DNA of 64,000 nucleotides from Chiloscyllium plagiosum (GCF_004010195.1 NC_057718.1:96642230-96706229); one strand, 5' to 3'. Shown: positions 13,100 through 27,220, numbered from the stretch's first letter. Numbers and translations: made by a program. The notes: generated by a model from the sequence alone, not told the origin.

Positions 13100-14010
13100 G
13101 GGCCATTCAGCCTGTCATATCTGTACTAGCTCTCCAAATGAGCAAACCACCTACCATTCCCCCACCTTCTGCCTGAAAACACTATACCTTGCCTATGTTA
13201 CTTTTGTTCCTGAGATGACACCATGTGGGGCGATATTTCTCTGTACTCCTGTGCTTGAGTATGTGACAATAAACCTAATTCTAAAAACTCTACATTTTTC
13301 CTATTTCTTTAATAATCCAATTCCCTCTGAGGTGCCTTTACTAAGCCATGCAGTTCATTCAAAAGTTTAACCACTCATTGCCTGAAACGTTTCTCCTCAA
13401 ATCACCACTACATATTTTTGCCAATTACCTTCAATCTATGCCCTCTTATTCTCAATCCTTCATCAATTTGTCCCAATCCACTCACCTCATGATTGTCAGA
13501 GCTCCTTTCAACCTGCTCTTTTCCAAGGAACTCTTTTCCAACTTCTCCAACCCATCGGTGTAACTGAAGCCCAACACCACTGTAATTATTCACGTGGATC
13601 TTTGCTGCACTCTTTCTAATGCTTTCATATCTTTCCTAAAGTGTGAATCCCAATGCTCCAGCTGAATCCAAACCAGTGTCTCATAAAATTTGATCATCAC
13701 AGAATTGTTACAATGCATCCTTCATGCCATTATGGTGATATTTGCTTTCCTAATGGTTTAGTGCCATTCTTCAACATTAGCTCCCAGTCTCCTGCACTCA
13801 ATGCTTCTTTCAATGAAGCCTAGGGTACTATCTGCTTCATTTAGGACACAGAACATAGAACAAGAGAGCATGGGAATGGGCCCTTCAGCCCATGATGTTG
13901 TGCCAAACATGACACCAATTGAACTAATCCCTTCTGCCTGCCCTTGGTCAATATCCCTCCATTCCTTGCATATTCCTGTGCATATCTGAAAAGCCCCTTA
14001 AATGCCCTTA
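13100..14010 (-). mobile_element. old CR1 fragments, with a Rex1-like 3' tail at ~13190-13285(+)
   Basis: ORF 13408-13593 (GLRIRGHRLKVIGKNM); gtgacaataaa tail. Confidence 0.6.
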
Positions 14011-15282
14011 GCATCCCTTATTGCCCTCTCAACCAGTCATGCCTCCTTCAATGAATTGTGGCTTAAAGTCACTTAGGCTTGCCTTCCGAGAGATGATCAG
14101 GGCCTGCTTCCAATTCTGAAGAAAGTTTATCAAATTGTGAGTTAAACTCTGTCCATGCACAAGGTGAGTGTGTCTGCCATTTTGACATTTTCACTTCAGG
14201 TTCCCAGCACTCTGCCTTCACTCTTTCTAAACTAAAGGCACCAGGGCTGACTCTCACATCCTAACATTGCCCTGGAATCCAATCAGCTTACTGAGGCTGG
14301 ATTAAGAATGGATTCAGTCATCTTCCCAGTCAGTGTAGCTCAGCCAGTCAGTGAGTGGGCACTCTGAAGCACCGCAGGCAGTTTAACAGATAGCCATCGA
14401 GTCTAAATCACTTGGCATTGCTGCCTGACGTATCTTGTGAAAATGACAGGCTGCCTGGAACTGAACTGGGCTACCATCTCATGCAGCTATTTCAACAATC
14501 GCTTTTTGTGGTGCAACTCGAAAAGATTTAAAAGGTGCAAATAAATTAATGTCGCCTCGAGCACCATATGTCACAACTTTGCAATTTGAAAAGAAAGCTG
14601 AATTGAAAATACCTCAGCTCCTGATAAGTCTGACATGTGTTCACCGAGAGGACAAATGTGGATGCTTTGGACAAACATTAAGCACCGAGGGAAAAGGCAT
14701 TGATTGTAATGACATGCTTCGTGAGCGCAGTTCTGAAGCCAATGCAATGACTGATGTGGCCCAAGCTCTTAACTCCTTGCTCTGGAAAGAAAATGAAGTG
14801 AAAATGCTTAACCAATGTCTCAGTAAGTACCCGTTGGTCCAGTGAGGACATTGGATATTAGGGCACGCTGAGGTATTGTTTGTATACGGTAGATCATTAA
14901 CAGTCAAGCCAAAAGTGCAGGAGCTACACAATGTAACATTTAGCCAGTGGTAATTATGCCTCAATTGCCATAGAGGAATAGAAGTAGGCCATTTGGCCCT
15001 TTAAACCTGGTGCACCATTTATACAAACCATGACCTTCCCTCCAAACATGCATCTCAAATCCCTAACCCTTAACTCCTTTACCTTGGCAAAAAAAAAAAA
15101 TCTCAGTTTTGAAATTTTAAATTGATCGTTCCTCAACAGCTTTCTCAGGGAAGAGTTTTAAGATTTTCACTAACCTGTTTGTTAAGAAGTGCTTTCAGAG
15201 ATCACTCTCTCCTGGTCCAGGTGTGAGTTTAAAGATCCGTCCTTTTATTCTAGAAAAGAGCAAGTAGTTTCTCTCTATCCAA

Positions 15283-15655
15283 AGGTCATGTTGCGGCTGT
15301 ATAGGACATTGGTTAGGCCACTGTTGGAATATTGCGTGCAATTCTGGTCTCCTTCCTATCGGAAAGATGTTGTGAAACTTGAAAGGGTTCAGAAAAGATT
15401 TACAAGGATGTTGCCAGGGTTGGAGGATCTGAACAACAGGGAGAGGCTGAACAGGCTGGGACTGTTTTCCCTGGAGCATCGGAGGCTGAGGGGTGACCTT
15501 ATAGAGGTTTTGGGTATATGAATAGGAAGGGTTTGGAGGGATATGGGCCGGGTGCTGGCAGGTGGGACTAGATTGGATTGGGATATCTGGTCGGCGTATA
15601 CGGGTTGGACCGAAGGGTCTGTTTCCATGCTGTACATCTCTATGACTCTATGACT
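15283..15655 (+). mobile_element. young CR1/HER1 fragment with an internal deletion
   Basis: VMLRLYRTLVRPLLEYCVQFWSPSYRKDVVKLERVQKRFTRMLPGLE...RLRGDLIEV joins directly to the 3' end; tail ctctatgactctatgact. Confidence 0.92.
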
Positions 15656-16434
15656 CAATGCTATCAAATCTTTTGTTGATCATAGAATTATCATCAAAGA
15701 TCACCTCAAATATTTAACAAAAGCAGAAATTGGGCCTTTTGATTGCACGTCTACAGAAATATTTCATGGTAGTCCCATTATAATGACCTCAAGGAAAGGT
15801 TCACTTTAAATGCGTCATGGTGTCTATCATTTCCAATGGCTAGTGAACAGAAAACCCCGACGTTCACCCAGACAGACTTTAACGTACATTATAAGGGACA
15901 ACGAGGAAAAATTAGGAAATTGGAGGCAGCCATTTGGCCCCTTGTGCCTTCCCTGACATTCAACTAGATCATGGCTGATTTTCTATCTCTATGCTTCTTT
16001 TCCAGATTATCCCTGAATGGGTGCCAGCACGGAGCAAGTAGGGAACCTCATAAGAAGGGCATTAACACGCAGGCAGCCGACAGGTATCTAATTCATTGGC
16101 GAGTTCGACCAAAGGGTCTAGTTCCGTTCTGTACAACCACATGACTCTAATTTCCCAACTCAGATAGCTACCTCTAAGGCAAATTGACATTCACAGTCTT
16201 GGCTGAAACGATTTCCGAGAATGATATAGGAATGACGGTGGTCAGTTTTACTCCACAGCGGTTGACTCTTCACTGTCTTCGGTAATGCAAGGGCAAATTG
16301 AGACAGGCAGCAAATGTTACCCTCACCAGTGACACCCATACCCCATTCACGATTCAAAGGAAGAAAACAATCTTGAAGGATACCATTCCCATTCTGCGAG
16401 GCAATACTGATATCCAAACAACACAAATAAACCA

Positions 16435-16830
16435 AGAACACAAGAAACCGGAGTAGCTGTAGGACATTTGCTTCCTCAAGTTGACTCCACTATCATGGCT
16501 GGTCAGCTTGCTGCCTCAACTCCCATTTCCTGTCTGCTATCAGATCCCTCAAGCTAATATCTGACAAACCTCGCCTTGAGTGTTACAGTGGGTGATCCCG
16601 AATCCTCTGGGAAAGGGAATTCCACTGTCCCGTGACCTTCTGAGAGCACATGATTCCTCTTCAGCTCCTTCTTAAAGGAGAAACCCCCTAATTTTAAAAA
16701 CTACTTCATCCCCACGAGGTGAAAGACCTTGTTGGCTTTCAACCTGACAATTCTCCTCAGGATCTTTCACCTTTCAATAAGATAGCCTCTCATTCTTCCA
16801 AATTCCAATGGGTACAGACCCAACCTGTCC
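16435..16830 (-). mobile_element. old CR1 3' fragment
   Basis: decayed 3'UTR and ORF2 C-terminus on the reverse strand. Confidence 0.55.
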
Positions 16831-16914
16831 TCTTAGGATGAGGTAAGGTAAGGCAACAATGTCTATTGAAAAAAAATTAACAAACAAAAACCATGACTAA
16901 TGAACTATTGTAGC

Positions 16915-17447
16915 TTGTAGCTGAAAACAAAAAAAAATGCTGAAGATCACAGCGGGTCAAGCAGCATCGGTGGAGAGGGAGCAAGCTAATGGTTTGAGTC
17001 TTAGATGACCTTTCATAGAGCTGACATGAAGTGTGGAGGGGGCAGCATTTATGCAATGGTGGCAGAGAGAGGTGGAGTGCTGGGGGTGAAAGGGTGTTGA
17101 TAATTCAGATTAAATAATCGGAATGTGAAAATGACAGAACAATGGTGCGTCTAACTGGCAGACTGGAAAGAACAGACAATGTCACTGAAGTAAGAGAGGA
17201 GAGAGGACGTGGTGACAGAGAATATAACAAGTAAAGCTAAAACAAAGGGAAGGAATGGGAGTGGGTTCCCAGTTTGAAGGCGTTGAACTCAATATTAAGT
17301 CCAGAAGGCTGTAAAATGCCCAGTCTGAAGCTGAGATGCTGGTCTTCCAACCTTCACTGTGATTCACTGGAGCATTGCAGCATGCTGAGGACAGACACAT
17401 GCGCAAACGAGCAGCATGCTGTGTTAAAATGATCGACTACCGGAAGA
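16915..17447 (-). mobile_element. Penelope-like element 3' part: GIY-YIG C-terminus plus family-C-like terminus
   Basis: reverse translation LPVVDHFNTACCSFAHVSVLSMLQCSSESQ*RLEDQHLSFRLGILQPSGLNIEFNAF. Confidence 0.8.
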
Positions 17448-17604
17448 TTTATGCAATAGTGTTGGGGTGGAGTGCTGGGGAGAAAGGGTGCTGATTGTGC
17501 GGATATTTTGCTCCGAGCATGTACCTGGTTTTTATCATGCATTAACTTGTTCCGTAGACTCATTCAAGCAGAGAGGATTGGTGTCAGCATCCTTTTATCA
17601 CAAC

Positions 17605-17840
17605 CCTGCATCATATGGAGCTGTCAAGTGAAGTGAAACTTCTCTGATTTGCCTCCCCTGCAGTAATATTCTTTCTAGAGTAAGTAGATCAAACTGTACC
17701 CAATACTTCAGATGCCATCTCACAGCTGTAGCGACATTTCCATTCTTGTATACTTGATTCCCACTTGTAATAAATGCCAACAGTCCATTCACCTTCCTCA
17801 TCCCTTACTGAGTCTGCATACCAACCTTGTCTAATTCATA
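17605..17840 (-). mobile_element. old CR1 ORF2 fragment
   Basis: KVNGLLAFI...VRWHLKYWVQF. Confidence 0.65.
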
Positions 17841-17961
17841 AAAATGGAAAGATCACATGGTCATTATCACAGTGATCATTTGGAGCCTGGTTGTTTGCAC
17901 TTCTGCCATTTAATTATCTTTGGAAATGCAAATAGACAGTTAGATGTCTTTGAACATTTTA

Positions 17962-18260
17962 CATAGAATCCCTACAGGAAACAGGCCCTTCAACCCAGCA
18001 GGTCCACATCAACCCTTCAAAGTATATCTCACCTGGACCCCATTCCCCTATTACTCTACATTTATCCCTGACTAATGCGCCTAACCTACATATCCCTGAG
18101 TACTATGGGCAATTCACCTAACCTGCACATCTTTGGATTGTAGGAGGAAACCCACGCAGACACAAGGAGAATGTGCAAACTCAGACAGCCGCCCAAGGCT
18201 GGAATCAAACCCACGATCCTGGCACTGTGAGGCAGCAGTGCTAACCACTGGGCCACCATG
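17962..18260 (-). mobile_element. HE1-type SINE
   Basis: reverse strand tggcccagtggttagcac head and gggattctatg tail. Confidence 0.85.
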
Positions 18261-19206
18261 CAAACCTCTTAAAAGGCACTATTAAAACAAAAAGCCTGTC
18301 CTTCTGTTTCATAGGAGATATTGAAACAGTCCTGATGGAGTAATTAAGGTGAAACAGTTTCCACTGGCAGCTTCATTGACAGTGACAGGACACAGACAGA
18401 CAATAAGTTGCAAACAATGAAGAGGCAAACTGTTCTTTCTTTCTAAATATAAACACACTGAATTACATCCAGGAATGCACTGCCCGAGAATAAAATTGGA
18501 AATTTGCATAGAATTTTCCCCTGCCTTAAGCAACATGGGTAATGGTAAGGGATTTGGGACAACACATTGAAAATTTTAAAAACTGATTCTCAATATCGAG
18601 ATCTTTCTTTCACTTCTCTCCTTATGGTTTCAAAGGTGAGGTCAGAATCTCAACAATAAATGGTGATCACCTTGTTTTCGTGCATTTGCATCTTACTTAT
18701 AGTCCAGCTCGCTCTTGAGAAACCAGACATCGATATTTCCCAAAGTCAGAACAGTTACTTGTCAGCTGCAGTTTCTTCAGGCCTCCACATTAATGTCCTT
18801 TCAACATCATGGCCTTAAATGGTGTACAGGCAGTGTCCTTCTCCCTCCCCCAGCGACCAAAGTAGGCATTAGCAAATCAACAATTATCCTGGCTCATCCC
18901 AGCCCAACTCAGAATCCATGTTCTCCCTTTCAGGAGTTCAGTTTTGGACCTCAGGGAAACCTTTGACATCATCTTCTTTCCTTTCTGCATAGGAAGACAC
19001 AGCCCACTCACACATCTACACAGGATGCAACTGGCATTCATATTTTCGCTTTCTGAGAGACTGTACGTGAAAGCTCCTAACTTGCAGCATCTGAAAAGGA
19101 GTTAAATGATGTATTAAAGGGTGTTAAATACAGCACCAGCTGCTTCTACTCTGAAAGGTCTCAGCAGCGAGAGAATTTTTCTACTCCTGCCTCATGATTA
19201 TATGAG

Positions 19207-19374
19207 TCAAGATTAGAATGGTGCTGGAAAAGCACAGCAGGTCAGGCAGCATCCTCATTCCTGATGAAGGGTTCCTGCCCGAAATGTCACTTTTCCTGCT
19301 CCTCGGATGCAGCCCGACTTGCTGTGCTTTTCCAGCACCACTCTAATCTTGAGTCTAATCTCCAGCATCACTTT
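19207..19374. mobile_element. Penelope-like inverted-repeat insertion, family A variant, 19-bp TSD
   Basis: tgcctcatg(a/g)ttatatgag at 19188-19206 and 19375-19393; plus-strand CTGATGAagggttcctgcccGAAAtgtc at 19261-19290. Confidence 0.88.
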
Positions 19375-19524
19375 TGCCTCATGGTTATATGAGATGGACG
19401 CACCAAACAGCCCATCAGCACCTTTAATGAGCTGAAGAACAAAACTATGACAGAGAGACTGACATTCAGGTGGTAGGTCATTCAGACAATGAACACAAAG
19501 CCGAGTGTACCAATTTAGCGCAGT

Positions 19525-19785
19525 TAAGAGTCAACCACATTGCTGCAGGTCTGGAGTCACATAGAGTTTAGGCCAGGTAAGGATGGCAATTTCTTTCCTT
19601 AAAGAGCATTAGTGAAGTGAAGCAGATGGGTTTTATCCCTAACAATGGATGGTGGGTCATCATTAGATACAATTTTAGCGAATTCAAGTTGTAACACCTG
19701 CCATGGTGGGATTTGAACTCAAGTAACCTGGAATATTCCCGGATTAACAGTTAAACGATTGTACCGGTACACCATCACCTTCCCC
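19525..19785 (-). mobile_element. tRNA SINE family B
   Basis: aagagtcaaccacattgctg...ggtctggagtcac; B box gttcaaatcc on the reverse strand. Confidence 0.8.
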
Positions 19786-20339
19786 TGCCTCTGTCTGCAG
19801 TCACCTCGTTACCCACTCTACAATTCCCTCCTTAAAACCACTCACTTCTCTGTTGTTCCCTCTTTCTTTCAAGCCCACATCTGAGAACAAGCATCTGTCA
19901 CTCTCACGAGATGAACTTATACTTTGGCTTGGAATCCTTTTGTATCCGACTGTGATTCTGTGAAGCGTCTTGGGATGTTTTCCAACTGCAAAGACGCAAT
20001 GTAAATAAAAGTTATTGTTTATGGATCTTTTACAGGCTATCGACATGCATAATGCCAGAATTGTCTACAGTGGGAACCATCTCATTCCTTCATTCATATT
20101 CAGGCATAAGTGTGAACCAGTGCTTTCTCTTGTCCTTTTGGATACTGTAATCAGCAGATAGTTCAAACTAGGATCAAAGAAATTCTTAATAAGCAAGCTT
20201 CCCTTTATCCATTCCCATGGGTTTGTCACTATGAAGTTGGACTGGAAAAAGAATGATGCACTGAAAAAATATAGCTATTCACTTTTCATTAATACTTACT
20301 CAATGCTGGTCAGTGAAAATATACCTTGTCTGGTGTTTA

Positions 20340-20660
20340 TTTACTCTCGGTCATAGGCATCACTGGCTGGGTCATCATTGATTGCCCACCTCTAATACCA
20401 AGTCATTTGCAAGGGCCATTTCAGATCACAGTTAAGAGTTAACCATATTACTGAGAGCCTGGACTCACACGTAGATCAGACCAGGGAAGGATGACAGATT
20501 TCAGTGAGGCACTGCTGCCTCATCAGCAACACGGACCCACATTTGATTCCACTCTCAGGTGACTGTGTAGAGTTTGCATATTCTCCCTGTGTTTGCATGG
20601 GTTTCTTGTGGGTGCTCTGATTTCCACTCACAGGCCAAAGATGTGTAGGCTAGCTGGATA
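20340..20660. mobile_element. SINE B fragment (-) abutting an HE1 fragment (+)
   Basis: SINE B core to ~20502, then gcactgctgcctc...gagtttgcatattctccc. Confidence 0.7.
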
Positions 20661-22526
20661 ATGTTGTCAAATTATTCTTTCCTTCCTAATAGCACACTAC
20701 CAACACACCATTGTATGGACTACATGAGTGAAAATGTGTCAGACGTCATTTCTTTGGTACACATTAAAAAATATTCCTTCATTTCACACGAAAGGTCATG
20801 ACAAAAGTGTTCACTAGCATCCTTCTAAGGGCTGTATAGAGTCTGTTTGACTTATTGTGGTAAAGGATCACCATTTCCTGGGCTAGCAAGAAGAGTCTCT
20901 TGCAGTTAATAAGGTAAAGTAACGTATTGCTGCATGTCAGTGCACAGTTCAAGGTTGCGTCGATAATGGTAGATATTGTGATCGTGACTTTGAGAAGGAT
21001 CTGGATGTTAGCTCGCACTCTCTCCTTTGAGATCCTTAACTGTTCTGCACCCAAGTCCATATGACACCAGCAGAGCTTATGGCACTCCTCACCATTAACC
21101 CTTTCAGACCTACGGACAACAATTAGCAATTTAACAAATGGTTCAGTAACAGAGTGCACCTATGCATTTGTTGAGTCACCTTATTGTGCAAGTTGTCACA
21201 AAACCCTTGCCACAACAATCGCCCTCCAAAAATAGATTAATTCACGGAAATAGTTGGAGGCATTTGGCCATGACAGTGGTCTACAAGATTGCATCTGTTA
21301 TTGGTAGCAGTATGAGGCATCCAATAAGCAGAATGATGAAAAATGTTCATTAATGCTCACCTTCTCTGTTGGATAATTCCTCCTGCTTCTTATCAGTTCC
21401 TCATTGCTAATCAGAGAATGATGGCTACAATTTTACCTCCAAGTACCATGTAGAAAGTTACATTACTGTTGGCAATAGGTTTGCTTCCACCAAGAGAAAT
21501 CACATCCCATGTGCTTTAAACTTCTGACAAATGACACCTAATCGAGAAAGCCACTCTGACCATACCTGGACCCAGAAGCCACTGGTTACATTGTTATCCA
21601 AAAGGAAAATTTGTGACATTCCCCATTTTTATGGGATTGACAAAATCAAATGTGAGACAGCGCAAACACGATTGGAATGAAAGTTCCTCGTTAAACAAAG
21701 TGATAAGGGGCGCAGATGTTTCATTTCATGGCTTTTGCCTCTAAATCTTACTCTTACCCTGTGAAGGAAATTTGAATCAGCAACAAATATCAAAACAAAA
21801 AAAAAACACTTCAGCCTTTGGAAATGCTGTCTCCAGCGCATAAATCCTTGAGCTAAAAATGCACAGTTCTGCTGAAACAGCCACTTTTGCGTGACTGGAG
21901 GCAGATGAACAAATTCCAGGACACAAACACAACGGTGGAAAAAAACTGCCGATTTTGGCAACTGACCCATTACAAATGACTCAACACCAAACAGGCAGCG
22001 AGTGCTACATGATCTTGTATCAAGAAGCAACGAGGCATTTGCTCAAGTTCATAGTTGGAGATTAAACACGCTCAGGTCAAATGCCTAACAGATTTGCATG
22101 ATTTTGAATGTGCACTAATGCAAGGAAAGAGCAAAAGGTTGGATTCAGAAATGGCCGAACGAGTGGACAGCCTAGCTCATCCATTTAATCGACAAAGCAG
22201 GGAGTCCCAAATTTGTCCCCATTTCAACACTTGGATGCTGTATGGGTGAGTAGTGTGGAGGAAATGAGGACACAACTAATTAGAACAGGAGGGAGGGAGT
22301 GAGGTGGTAGGCATTGCTAACTCGGAGCTCACTACACCGTCAATCCCCCATCTCCACTTTGGGAATCCCTGTCATAAGGTCTCCCCAGTTCCACCTGAAG
22401 TCCATGCTGCATTCACTACTGGAGGTTGACTGGCCACAATTTGTCTCATGGGTTCTCAAGGCAAGGACTGCTTAATCCTTCCCTGGCAATGGCTATCCTA
22501 CTGGAAAAGTGTACTTGTAGACATTC

Positions 22527-23925
22527 ATAGAGTCATACAGCAGGGAAACAGACCCTTCTGTCCAACTCACGCTGACCAAATTTGCCAACTAAACTAGTCC
22601 CACTTGCCTGTGTTTGACCCATATCTTTCTAAGTCTTTCCTATTCATGTATCTGTCCAGATGACTTGTAAATGTTGTAACTGTGCCTGCATCAATCACTT
22701 TCTCTGGCAGTTAATTCACCCTCTGTGTGAAAAAGTTGCCCCTCATGACCTTTTTAAATCTTTCTCCTCTCACCTTAAAAATATGCCCCTAAGTTTTAAA
22801 CCCGCCCACCCTAGGGAAAAGACCTTCGCTACTCACCTTATCTGTGACCGTCAGGTTTGTCTGAACATCTATGAAGTCAACCCTCAACCTTCTGTGCACC
22901 AGTCTATCCTGCCTCTCCTTATAACTCAAACCCTCCAGTCCTGGCAACATTCTGGTAAACCTTTTCTGAATCCTCTCTCGTTTAATAATATCCTTCATAT
23001 AACTGGGCGACCAGAACTGGACACAATATTCCTGAAGAGGTGTCACCTATATTCTGTACAGCCTCAGCATGACGTCCCAACTCCTATACTCAGTAGTCTA
23101 ACCAATAAAGGTAAGTCTAAATGCCTTCTTAAACACCCTGTCTACCAGTGATGCTAGTTTCAAAGAACTATGTACTTGAACCCCTAGGTTTCTCTGTTCA
23201 ACAACACTACCCAGGGGCCAAACGTTAACTACATAAGTCTTGCCATTGCTTGTTTTACCAAAATACAACACCTTGCATTTATCCAAATTAAACTCCATCT
23301 GCCATTCCTCAGCCCAATGGCCCAATTAATCAAGAACCCTTTATAATCTTAGATCACCTTCTTCACTGTCCACGATGCCACCACTTTTGGTGTCATTAGT
23401 TAACTTACTAACCATGCCTCCTGAATTCTCATTCAAATCGTTTATATGAATGAAAATCAAAAGTGGACCCAGCATTGATTCCTGTTGAACACTATTGGTC
23501 ACAGGCCTCCAGTCTGAAAAAAAGCCTTCTGTCTCCTACCATCAGGCCAATTTTGTACTCAATTAGCAAGCTCTCCCTGAATCCAATGTGATCTAATTTT
23601 ACTAATTAGTCCACCATGCAGAATTTTGTCAAAGGTTTTACTAAAGTCTATGTAGACAACATCCACCACTCTGCCCTCATCAATTTCTTTGGTTACATTC
23701 TCAAAAAACTTATTCAAGTTTGTGAGACACGATTCCCATGCACATAACCATGCTGACTATCCCTAATCAGTCTTTCCCTTTCCAAATGTATGTAAATCCT
23801 ATCTCTCAGCATCCCCTCCAACAACTTACCCACCACTGATGTCAGATTCATCGGTCTATAGTTCCCTGGCTTCTCCTTACAGCCTTTCTTAAATAAAGGC
23901 ACAACATCAGCCACCCTCCAACTTT
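22527..23925 (-). mobile_element. CR1/HER1-type LINE, ~1.4 kb, RT domain to 3' end, frameshifted
   Basis: WRVADVVPLFKKGCKEKPGNYRP, WAEEWQMEFNLDKCKV, YCVQFWSPSY; tail tgactctatga. Confidence 0.93.
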
Positions 23926-24609
23926 CATGGCTGTAGATGATATAAATGTCTCTTTTAGGATTGAGGCAAGACTGTGGTCCAATGAGCAGCCAGGAATCCC
24001 ATACACACTTGCTAATCCATTTGGTTCCCATGCACATCAAGTTCCCCTCTCCGCTCAATGTCCCCAATTCTTTTCTCTCCCATCACAGGCTCACCTGAGA
24101 CATGGACTAAGTCTCGGTGTGCTAGTTACCTCTTGCTTCCCTTCTGTTCACCTCTGAATTATCGAACATCTCCACCTCTCATTCTCCTCCATCCTGTCAA
24201 AACCCTTGCCCGTGTCGTCATTTCCTTGACTTCTGATGTTTCTCTTCTCCCTCTACCTTCCAGCTGCATTCAACGAAGACCGAAATGAAAAATCACAGAC
24301 TCCACAGCACATTCTGTGTCATGCTCATCACCATTTTCTTCAAACTCTGGTGACCTTTTATGGCACATATTCAAATCCTCTCATGACTTTATCTCATCCC
24401 GATCTTCCCCAACCATGCGTCCCCCCTGAGTATCATGACCTTTTGTTTTCATTTCCACTGTTCCTGAAGAAGAAAGCACCAGGGTAACCAACGAATGAGA
24501 CACATTGGTCCAACTCATCTTGTATACTTTAAAACTGGATGTCCAATATGGCCAGCATATATACATCCAAATAAAGTTGTTTTTAGTGTCGCATCGCTGC
24601 TCTAATGAT

Positions 24610-24810
24610 CAGTTAGCTCAGTTGGCTGACTGACTGATTTGCAATATGGATGGATGCCCAACAGTATGAGCTCAAATCCCAGCCTGTCTGCAGTTACTGT
24701 GAAGGCTTTTCATTCTCAACCTCCTCCCCGAACCTCAGGCATGATGATCCTTGTGTTATAACCACCACCCATTGCCTTTCTGTAATGAGAGAGTGGGGCT
24801 GTGGTGATTT
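24610..24810 (+). mobile_element. tRNA-derived SINE family C
   Basis: A box tagctcagttgg, B-box-like gctcaaatcc, body ...cattctcaacctcctcccc...aatgagagag. Confidence 0.65.
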
Positions 24811-26764
24811 ACATCGTTAGTTCCCTCCAGGAAGCTCTTCTAGTGGTGGCCATGCTTTCAACCACGATCACGCACTCACTGGAAATTCCTGCCCTAACCT
24901 GATCATCTCCTTCCTGAAGATTCCTAAATCTGTCTCCTTGATCATGCTGAGGCTACCTCTCAATTTATTTGACCCTGTCCTTTCCCCAGTATTCTAACAG
25001 TACAAACATTGCCACTATCATTGGAGGCACTAATATATGTTAACACAATGGTCCTCTTGTGATCCAATGAGGACTCAACACCACTAGAATGTTGTACAAA
25101 TAATAAGAGTATGCCTTCTAATGAAGCTGAAAGGGAAAATCAGGGTCAATAAGTATGGTTCAAATTAGAGGTGGATTGGAGATGATGCAGCAAGATTCAC
25201 TCTTGTCTTCCCAATTTAATGATGTTTTAAGGAAGGTTAGCACAGCAGTAAGATTTTTTCCTCTTCAGCGGAGGATGTTTCATGGTGTTTTCAAAACTTT
25301 GACGGAGTTTGATCAAGAGATTCAGAAAGAATATTATCCTGACCTGAGAAGTCAGTGACAAAGGGGTATCAGCCACTGACAGTGAGTGGAGAATGGAAGA
25401 GAAATGACTTTAGGTAGAGGGTGAGTGAGTATTGCATCCTTTAAAGGAAGCTTATGCCAGTAAGTGAAACAAGGATAGGTACAGAACACTGGATAGAAAG
25501 AGGATTCATCAGGTTACTCTGGGATTGCTTTCGCGAAGAGATCATTGATGGACAATGGGAACTGGCCTCCCCCTGCACTATAGCCTTGCAGATCTTAGTA
25601 CACCTGTTAAATTAGGCTTCCCAAATTCTGGTTTTTGAGACCCAGTCGAATGATAAGCTCGGAGGCAGCAATGGCTCAGTCTGAATGTGAAATGCTACAA
25701 AGTCCCTTTAAATCCTCACTTATCTTCTCTATTGGTAACCTGACCTAAGGGACAGATCTTTGGAGGTCTGATTGCTGCTCCCATAAAAAGCTGTGGAAAT
25801 ATTAAATGCTCTTTTTATATGCACAGAAAATGCTGTCATTTCATCCTTACACAGCACCAATCTCCCATCTCCCTCCCCTCAGGAGCCAACAGTCACCCCA
25901 CCCAAGCTAAGCAGATGAAGGCCATTCCCCTACCCCAGCCCCATCCTGCTATACCATAACACAATAAGTCTTGGATCCCTACCCAAACCTTTCACACAAA
26001 GCCAAGGGGTGTTAAAATGGAATGGCACCAGGAAAATATTTGGGAATCAGTGCTGCAAATGGAACGCGGACGCAAACGGATAGCTGTATAGTCAACCTGG
26101 AGGGGGAAGACCCAAAGGTCAATGGTCATGATGAAAGCAATGTTCTCCTCCTGGCCCCACTTCCTTGTAAAAGAAAAGCACAAATAGAGCCAGCTTTCAA
26201 GCTGAGCTGCAATGATCCTCTGAAGGGCTGCTGGCACAGGGCTTATTGACTTCTGTCTATGTGGAGCATATCTGGGCAGCTCAGAACAGTCTCTACATAC
26301 GGCACCGAAGGCCTATAATGTTCTTACATGGAACAAACAAGCACCTTATCCATCCTTGCTACAACCTCTGCAAAAAATGAGGGAACGAAATTGGAATGTG
26401 GCAATTTTTTGGCCACTACAGCCTCGGATGAAGGAACATCTCATTCACATTGTGCACATTCCAAAATCGTCACGGGGGTGGGAGGGAGAATCGACGTCTT
26501 CAGTCATCTCCTCTCACATGCAATCACACCACCAGCACAGAAAATAAGATGGAGTCCTGATAAAGGGGTCACCTATGGATTCCTCTGATGGATTCATCAT
26601 CCATCAGACTCCTGGTTAAAATGGAGCCCACCACACAGAGTTTGAAAGATCTGAAGGCACCTTTTCAAGACTTCTTTCGTGGAACACGGACATCGCTGTC
26701 AACGCCACCTTTGTTGTCCGTCCTTGATTGCCCTATTGGTACGTTGTTAAACTATTTCCACTGG

Positions 26765-27220
26765 AAATTAAGAGTCACATGTCGGCCAGAACACGGAGGG
26801 ATGGCAGATTTCCTTCCCTCAAAGTGTTTTTAGCAAATTAGATGGGTTTTTGCAACAATTTTTTGTAAAAACTTCATTCATGAGATATAGATGTCTCAGG
26901 TCAGGCTGGCATCTATTGTTCATTCCTAATTACATAGAGGACAATTGAGAGGCAACCATATTACTGTGGGTCTGAAATCATGTGTAGACTAGACCAGATA
27001 AGGATGGCAGATTTCCTACCCTAAAGGGTTTTACCAAACTAAATGGATTTTTGCAACAATAAAACAATCCATCCAGGACCTACAGAGCCAAACGTCCAAT
27101 TACAAAGACTTTATTATGTATCAGTTGAACTCCAGGGGGTGCTGTGGAGTGATTCAAATCCATTTCCTGAGAGCATTAACCTGGCACTACTTGATTACTA
27201 ATCCATTACTACCACATCAC
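26765..27220 (-). mobile_element. two adjacent SINE family B fragments
   Basis: the ggatggcagatttcct(t/a)ccct core occurs twice (~26800 and ~27002). Confidence 0.7.

Noticed and set aside
20779..21159. 126-aa ORF as a host CDS
   Set aside because: It has no recognisable domain, a non-ATG start and no compatible neighbouring coding exons.
26022..26833. Run of consecutive plus-strand ORFs of 63-86 aa
   Set aside because: No family motifs are present, and the lengths are within chance for this window.
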